Below are positions 59,293 to 64,000 of a DNA stretch of 64,000 nucleotides, one piece after another. A program made the translations under genes and the position numbers. The notes under the pieces are model-generated. The model was not told the origin of the DNA. It searched no databases and saw only the letters and a list, made by a program, of their open reading frames with translations. Location: assembly GCA_944367185.1 (NCBI GenBank), contig CALVWM010000001.1, positions 3,189 to 67,188 of the forward strand, given 5' to 3'. Source of the DNA: an uncultured Clostridia bacterium (lineage in GTDB: Bacteria; Bacillota; Clostridia; Christensenellales; Borkfalkiaceae). The stretch's first letter is position 1. Every line of letters begins with the position of its first letter.

Positions 59293-61296
59293 TCAGTTGA
59301 GCGTCACGTCCCTGAGGCTTTCGTACTTTTGCATGGCGGCGCTTCTGATCTCCTCGAAGTTCAGGCGGCGCGCAAACGCCTCGTCCGTCAGTTTTTTTGC
59401 CGTGAAAATGACGTCCGTCGAATAACGCAGGTTCTTGATGTCCGTCAAAATATGACCGCTCTGGCGGGTGCCCAGAAAGTCGCCGCTGCCGCGCAGCTGA
59501 AGATCCTTTTCCGCGAGTGCAAAGCCGTCGGACGTACTCTTGAAAATGCCGAGCCGCTCGCGCGCCGCGTCGCTGTCCGAACCGATCATCAGGAAACACC
59601 AGCTCTTCTCGCTCCCGCGCCCCACTCTGCCGCGCAGCTGGTGCAGCTGCGAAAGCCCGAAGCGCTCGGCATTCATGATGACCATGATGGTCGCATTGGG
59701 CACGTCCACGCCGACCTCGATGACGGTGGTCGAGACGAGGCAGTCGTATTCGTGATTTTTGAACGCCGTCATGACGGCGCTCTTTTCCCTGTCCTTCATC
59801 CTGCCGTGCAACAGCCCGAAGCGGACGTCGGGAAGCCGCCCCTTCAGCTCCTCCCAAAGTTCGGTGACGGAGGTCACTTCCCCCTCGTCATCGTCGATCT
59901 TGGCGCACACGAAGTATGCCTGCCGCCCCTTTTTGCACTCCCCGCGCACATAGCCGAGCATGTCCTCGTACTTGTAGGCGGGGACGATGGCGGTCGTAAT
60001 GGGTTGGCGTGCGAGCGGCTTGTCGGGGATGGTGGTCACGTCCAGATCGCCGTAAAAGACGAGCGAGAGCGTGCGCGGGATAGGCGTTGCCGACATGACG
60101 AGCATGTCGGGCGACTCCCCCTTTTCGCCGAGCTTGTTGCGCTGGGCGACGCCGAAGCGGTGCTGCTCGTCGCAGACGCAGAAGGCGAGGTTCTTGAAGT
60201 GCACATCCCCCTGCAGGACGGCGTGCGTGCCGCATAACACGTCGATCTCCCCCGCGGCGAGCGCCGCCTTTAGTTCCCGCTTCTCCTTTGCCGTGCTGCC
60301 GCCCGCAAGGTACCCTACACGGTACTCGGGAAAGGTATGCTGTAAGAGCGCATAGTTCTGCGCGGCGAGCACTTCGGTCGGCGAGAGGTAGACCGCCTGA
60401 AACCCGCTTTTGAGCGCCATGAAGATGCCCGTCAGCGCGACCGCCGTCTTGCCGCTGCCGACATCGCCCTGCAAGAGGCGGTTCATGCGCACGGGGCCGG
60501 TGACATTATCGTAGATCGCGCGCACCGCCGCCTGCTGCCCCGCCGTGAACGGGAAGGGAAAGCGCTTTTCAAAGTCGGCGACCTCCCGCTCGGTGACGGC
60601 GTACTTGTTGACGCGCGCCTCCTGCCGGTCTCCCTTGATGAGCTTGAACGCCGAGAGCAGCGTGAAGTACTCCTCCAGGGCAATGCGCTCCGCCGCCTCG
60701 CGCATCTCCTGCTGCGTCTTGGGAGCGTGAACGGCGCGGTATGCCGCATCCAGGGGAGAAAGCGCGTACTTTTGCCGCAGTTCATAGGGAATGACGGAGA
60801 CGACTTTCTCCACGGCGAGCGCCGAGGAGATTGCGTCGCGGACGATGCGCTGCGTCAGCCCGCCCTTTAGGGGGTAGACGGGAACGAGCCCTTTCAGGCG
60901 CACGTTCTTTTCCATCGGCTCGAACGTCGGGTTGACAAGGCTGATCTGCCCGTAGCGGTTCTGCACCCTGCCGTAGAAGAGGTACTCGCCCGGCTTTAAG
61001 CGCTGCGCGAGGTAGGGCATGTGAAACCACACCGCCGAGAAGGTGACGCCGTCCTGCTCCAGCCAGGCGCGGACGGTCTTGTTGCGCGAATACAGCTTGG
61101 GCGGCTCGACGGAGACGATGCGGCAGGCAATGAGCGCCGTATCGTTGTGATAGACCGACGTGATCTTTGTGCGGTCGGTCATATCGAGATAGGCGCGCGG
61201 AAAATAGCGCACGAGCTGTACGCTGTCCGTGATGCCGAGTTTTTCAAGTTGTTCGGCGCGCTTTTCCGTGACGCCTTTGAGTCTGACAAGTTCCAT
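59293..61296 (-). CDS. recG: ATP-dependent DNA helicase RecG
   Basis: Motifs: Walker A GDVGSGKT, DEQHRFGV, and the wedge-domain N-terminus. Start chosen at MELVRLKG; the ORF-track alternative is the TTG at 61323. Confidence 0.9.
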   Translation of the reverse strand: MELVRLKGVTEKRAEQLEKLGITDSVQLVRYFPRAYLDMTDRTKITSVYHNDTALIACRIVSVEPPKLYSRNKTVRAWLEQDGVTFSAVWFHMPYLAQRLKPGEYLFYGRVQNRYGQISLVNPTFEPMEKNVRLKGLVPVYPLKGGLTQRIVRDAISSALAVEKVVSVIPYELRQKYALSPLDAAYRAVHAPKTQQEMREAAERIALEEYFTLLSAFKLIKGDRQEARVNKYAVTEREVADFEKRFPFPFTAGQQAAVRAIYDNVTGPVRMNRLLQGDVGSGKTAVALTGIFMALKSGFQAVYLSPTEVLAAQNYALLQHTFPEYRVGYLAGGSTAKEKRELKAALAAGEIDVLCGTHAVLQGDVHFKNLAFCVCDEQHRFGVAQRNKLGEKGESPDMLVMSATPIPRTLSLVFYGDLDVTTIPDKPLARQPITTAIVPAYKYEDMLGYVRGECKKGRQAYFVCAKIDDDEGEVTSVTELWEELKGRLPDVRFGLLHGRMKDREKSAVMTAFKNHEYDCLVSTTVIEVGVDVPNATIMVIMNAERFGLSQLHQLRGRVGRGSEKSWCFLMIGSDSDAARERLGIFKSTSDGFALAEKDLQLRGSGDFLGTRQSGHILTDIKNLRYSTDVIFTAKKLTDEAFARRLNFEEIRSAAMQKYESLRDVTLN

Positions 61297-61307
61297 GATG
61301 ATGAAGC

Positions 61308-61341
61308 GGCGGCGCGGGCGCAAAATTGCGCCCGCGCCGCC
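61308..61341 (-). other. GC-rich 14-bp hairpin between the DAK2 gene and recG
   Basis: Stem GGCGGCGCGGGCGC / GCGCCCGCGCCGCC, with no U-tract. Confidence 0.5.
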
Positions 61342-61347
61342 AATATT

Positions 61348-62994
61348 TTATTCCAATGAGAGCATATAGTAATAAACGGGCTGTCCGCCGTAGTGGAAGT
61401 CAACGTCGCAGTCGGGGAATGCCTCCTGCACCTTTTCGGAGAGTGCGGACGCATCCGGCTCATCGACGCCTTCGCCGTAGTACAGCGTGATGACCTCGTG
61501 AGAGTCGTCTTTGAGTTTATCGAGGAGCTTGAGCACAGTTTCATCGATGCTGTGCCCCTTGGCAAGGATCTTCTTGTCGTCCAGTCCGATGATGTCCCCT
61601 TCCTTGATGGAGAAGCCGTTGACATTTGTCGTGCGTACGGCATGTGTGACCTGACCGCACTTGACGTTGTCGATCGCGTGGATCATGTTGGTCTTGTTCT
61701 CTTCGACGGGTGCATCGGGGCTGAACGCGAGCGCCGCCGCAAAGCCCTGCGGGACGTTCTTGGTGGGAATGACGTGGATCGTGCGGTTGTCGACAAGCGC
61801 CTTTGCCTGCTCCGCCGCGAGCACGATATTTTTGTTGTTGGGGAATACGAATACGTTGTCCGCGTTGATCTTCTGGACCGCCGTCGCAATGTCGGACGCG
61901 GAGGGGTTCATTGTCTGACCGCCTTCGATGACGCGGTCGACGAACAGGTCTTTGAAGATATCGGAAATGCCCTCGCCCGCACAGATCGCGAGCATGCCCT
62001 GCTCCTTCTTCTCTGCCTCGCGCTTTGCCTTTAAGGCGCGGTTCTGTTCGAGCATGTTCTCGATCTTGGGACGATCCAGCTCGCCCAGTTCCAGCGCGTA
62101 GGTGAGCGCGACGCCGGGGCTGTTGGTGTGTACGTGCACCTTGACCATTTCCAGATCGCCGATGCAGATGACGCTGTCGCCGATGCCCATCAGATTTTCG
62201 CGCAGCTTGTCGATGTCGGCAAGCGTGGTGCTCTTTTTCAGGTTGATGACGAAGAACTCGGTGCAATAGGCAAACTGGATCTCGCCCAGGTCCATATTGA
62301 TGATATCCGAGTTGTCGCCGAAGTCCGCTTCGCTGCCCGCGTTGCTCGCAGCCTCGGTCTGCACGTCGGAGACGATCTCCTCACCCATGATCGCGGAGAG
62401 AAATCCGCGCATGATGGTCATAAGACCCACGCCGCCGGAGTCCACGACGCCCGCCTTTTTTAATACGGGCAGGAGTTCGGGGGTCTGCGCAAGCGCCCTG
62501 TCCCCTTCCTCGATGACGGCGGGAAGGAAGGTCTCGAAGTCCTTGTACTTGCCCGCGATCTTGACGGCGTACTCGCTCATCATCCGAACGACGGTGAGGA
62601 TGGTGCCCTCTTTGGGGATGGACACGGCGCCGTATGCTACTTTTGTTCCGGCTTCCAATGCCTTGGCGAACGTCTTGGTGTCCACCTCGGGCTTACTGTC
62701 GTGCAAAACGGAACAGATGCCACGGAAGATCTGTGAGAGGATGACGCCCGAATTGCCGCGCGCGCCGCGCAAAGCGCCCTTGGAGACGTGATCGCACACC
62801 TCGGGGAAGCTGTTGGAAGCAGTAGAGAGCTCCTTGACCGCCGACTGCATCGTGAGCGACATGTTGGTACCCGTGTCGCCGTCGGGCACGGGGAAGACGT
62901 TGAGCGAGTCCACCTTTGCCCTGTTATTTTCCAGCATCTTCGCGCCGACAAGGACCATCTTACGGAATGTGGCGCAATTGATCGTTTTTTGCAT
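61348..62994 (-). CDS. yloV: DAK2 domain-containing protein (YloV-like)
   Basis: 548 aa. It carries the N-terminal Dak2 motif PVPDGDTGTNM and a C-terminal DegV-like half, in the conserved position between asp23 and recG. Confidence 0.85.
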   Translation of the reverse strand: MQKTINCATFRKMVLVGAKMLENNRAKVDSLNVFPVPDGDTGTNMSLTMQSAVKELSTASNSFPEVCDHVSKGALRGARGNSGVILSQIFRGICSVLHDSKPEVDTKTFAKALEAGTKVAYGAVSIPKEGTILTVVRMMSEYAVKIAGKYKDFETFLPAVIEEGDRALAQTPELLPVLKKAGVVDSGGVGLMTIMRGFLSAIMGEEIVSDVQTEAASNAGSEADFGDNSDIINMDLGEIQFAYCTEFFVINLKKSTTLADIDKLRENLMGIGDSVICIGDLEMVKVHVHTNSPGVALTYALELGELDRPKIENMLEQNRALKAKREAEKKEQGMLAICAGEGISDIFKDLFVDRVIEGGQTMNPSASDIATAVQKINADNVFVFPNNKNIVLAAEQAKALVDNRTIHVIPTKNVPQGFAAALAFSPDAPVEENKTNMIHAIDNVKCGQVTHAVRTTNVNGFSIKEGDIIGLDDKKILAKGHSIDETVLKLLDKLKDDSHEVITLYYGEGVDEPDASALSEKVQEAFPDCDVDFHYGGQPVYYYMLSLE

Positions 62995-63039
62995 GAAACC
63001 TGATTCTCCCGAATATTGAAGTCGCGCAGAGGCCTTGCC

Positions 63040-63390
63040 TTATAATTTCAGGCCGGCTACATTGACGTTGACCGTGTCCACGATCATGCCCGTGAAGTTC
63101 TCCACCTTGTACTTGATGGCCTCCTTCAGGGATTCGGCGACCGCCTCGATGGAGACGCCGTACTTGATGAGGACAGAGATGTCAATGAAAATGCGGTTTC
63201 CGGACGTGACGACTTTCACGCCCTTGCCCCCCGCGTCTTTCTTGAACAGTTCGGCGAACGTATCCGTAAAATGGCGCGACGCGGTATCTACGATGCCGTA
63301 ACTCTCCAGCGCAGCCTGCGCCGCGACCTTGGCGATGGCAAGGTCCGAGATAGAAATTTTACCGTATGCGTTGCTCGTGCTTACAGACAT
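63040..63390 (-). CDS. Asp23/Gls24 family envelope-stress protein (YloU-like)
   Basis: 116 aa. The segments GKISISDLAIAKVAAQAALESYGIV...VNVNVAGL are typical of the Asp23 family. Confidence 0.85.
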   Translation of the reverse strand: MSVSTSNAYGKISISDLAIAKVAAQAALESYGIVDTASRHFTDTFAELFKKDAGGKGVKVVTSGNRIFIDISVLIKYGVSIEAVAESLKEAIKYKVENFTGMIVDTVNVNVAGLKL

Positions 63391-63511
63391 AAATGATTGC
63401 TCCCAAACGTTCTCCCATCTATTCTACCCCATCGCGCAGCAATTTGCAAGCGTTCTTGAAAAATTTTTCACGATTTGTCAAAAAAAATTGCTAATTCGAG
63501 GCCGAATTTCA

Positions 63512-63540
63512 TTGCTTTTTTTCGGGAGAAATGCTATCAT
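63512..63540 (+). promoter_or_regulatory. possible sigma-A promoter of rpmB
   Basis: TTGCTT, 17-nt spacer, TATCAT. Confidence 0.35.
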
Positions 63541-63617
63541 TGTTTTGTTCTGCGCGCGGGGATTCTCCCGTGCGTTTTGAAAGCAGAGAAAATTTCGCCC
63601 CTCGGGAGGATGATAGT

Positions 63618-63806
63618 ATGTCGAGAGTTTGCAGTATTTGCGGCAAGGGTCAGACGGCAGGCAACAACGTGAGCCACTCCAACCGTAAGACCAAGCGTGC
63701 GTTCAAGGCCAATGTTCAGAAGGTCTCCTTCGTCAAAGACGGGAAGGTCGAGACCGACTACGTCTGCACGCGCTGCCTGAAGAGCGACAAAGTCGAGCGC
63801 GTTTAA
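63618..63806 (+). CDS. rpmB: 50S ribosomal protein L28
   Basis: The ATG at 63618 follows GGGAGGA. The protein begins [27 protein letters not shown]. Confidence 0.92.
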   Translation: MSRVCSICGKGQTAGNNVSHSNRKTKRAFKANVQKVSFVKDGKVETDYVCTRCLKSDKVERV

Positions 63807-63819
63807 GTTGAAGTCAGAA

Positions 63820-63847
63820 AAAAGGACTGCTGCGGCAGTCCTTTTTT
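63820..63847 (+). terminator. Rho-independent terminator of rpmB
   Basis: AAGGACTGC-TGCG-GCAGTCCTT followed by TTTT. Confidence 0.75.
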
Positions 63848-63876
63848 GCGTGCCTTCCTTCTTGCCTCTGCATCCC

Positions 63877-64000
63877 CTATCCGCAGACCTCCGCAAAGAC
63901 GCGCACGAAATTGCCTGCGGTGACCTTCTCAGCGACGCGGCTGCCGAGCGCATCCGCAAGCAATCCCAAAAACTTCGGCATATGCGAGGGATCGGGCAGG
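63877..64000 (-). CDS. 3' end of an unidentified minus-strand gene running off the window
   Basis: An open frame reads ...LPDPSHMPKFLGLLADALGSRVAEKVTAGNFVRVFAEVCG-stop. It is absent from the ORF track because no start lies in the window. Confidence 0.35.
   Translation of the reverse strand, partial: LPDPSHMPKFLGLLADALGSRVAEKVTAGNFVRVFAEVCG

Noticed and set aside
58841-59857. 338-aa version of the ORF upstream of recG
   Set aside because: Codons upstream of 59248 overlap the recG 3' end in another frame and are Arg/Gly-rich. An ATG with a good SD at 59248 gives a compact 135-aa protein.

Overview
The window looks like a GC-rich Firmicutes/Clostridia-type chromosome, judged from lipoboxes, GGAGG Shine-Dalgarno sites and sigma-A-like promoters. 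It consists of four long, mostly minus-strand housekeeping or accessory blocks separated by short AT-rich seams that carry recombinase footprints.

(1) nt 1-850: the 3' part of a tyrosine integrase gene, followed by a 3' fragment of a tRNA-Tyr-like gene and its terminator. I read this as the edge of an integrated element lying upstream of the window.

(2) nt 1.5-33.8 kb: a roughly 31 kb unidirectional Gram-positive polysaccharide-utilisation locus. It encodes:
- an AraC regulator and an LplABC-type sugar ABC importer;
- four lipoproteins or surface proteins, including a 2313-aa lipoprotein whose gene contains a near-identical 2.5 kb tandem duplication;
- two FAD_oxidored-type flavoproteins and a Gfo/Idh/MocA oxidoreductase;
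- GH3, GH2 and GH127-like hydrolases;
- a PIG-L deacetylase / ROK kinase / NagB amino-sugar module.

(3) nt 33.8-36.4 kb: an AT-rich islet holding an apparently intact solitary large serine recombinase, followed by two tandem promoter-hairpin-terminator mini-units that look like paralogous small RNAs.

(4) nt 36.4-45 kb: a nine-gene V-type ATPase operon whose K subunit carries the Na+-binding residues.

(5) nt 46.2-56.8 kb: one operon joining a NitT/TauT-type ABC importer to a complete extended reductive pyrimidine catabolic set. The set comprises a PreA-like DPD, dihydropyrimidinase, an M20 carbamoylase, a class-III aminotransferase and an Fe-ADH.

(6) nt 57-59.3 kb: a recombination graveyard at ssrA. 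It contains a flavodoxin gene abutting a C-terminal remnant of a second serine recombinase, a 22-nt direct repeat of the tmRNA 3' end, the tmRNA gene itself and an orphan Imm53-like gene.

(7) nt 59.3-64 kb: the conserved recG / DAK2(yloV) / asp23 / rpmB neighbourhood.

No CRISPR array, rRNA gene or full-length tRNA gene was found. CDS coordinates follow the supplied ORF track, with starts trimmed where an SD site or homology argues for it. Hand-derived RNA and site coordinates are accurate to about +/-2 nt.
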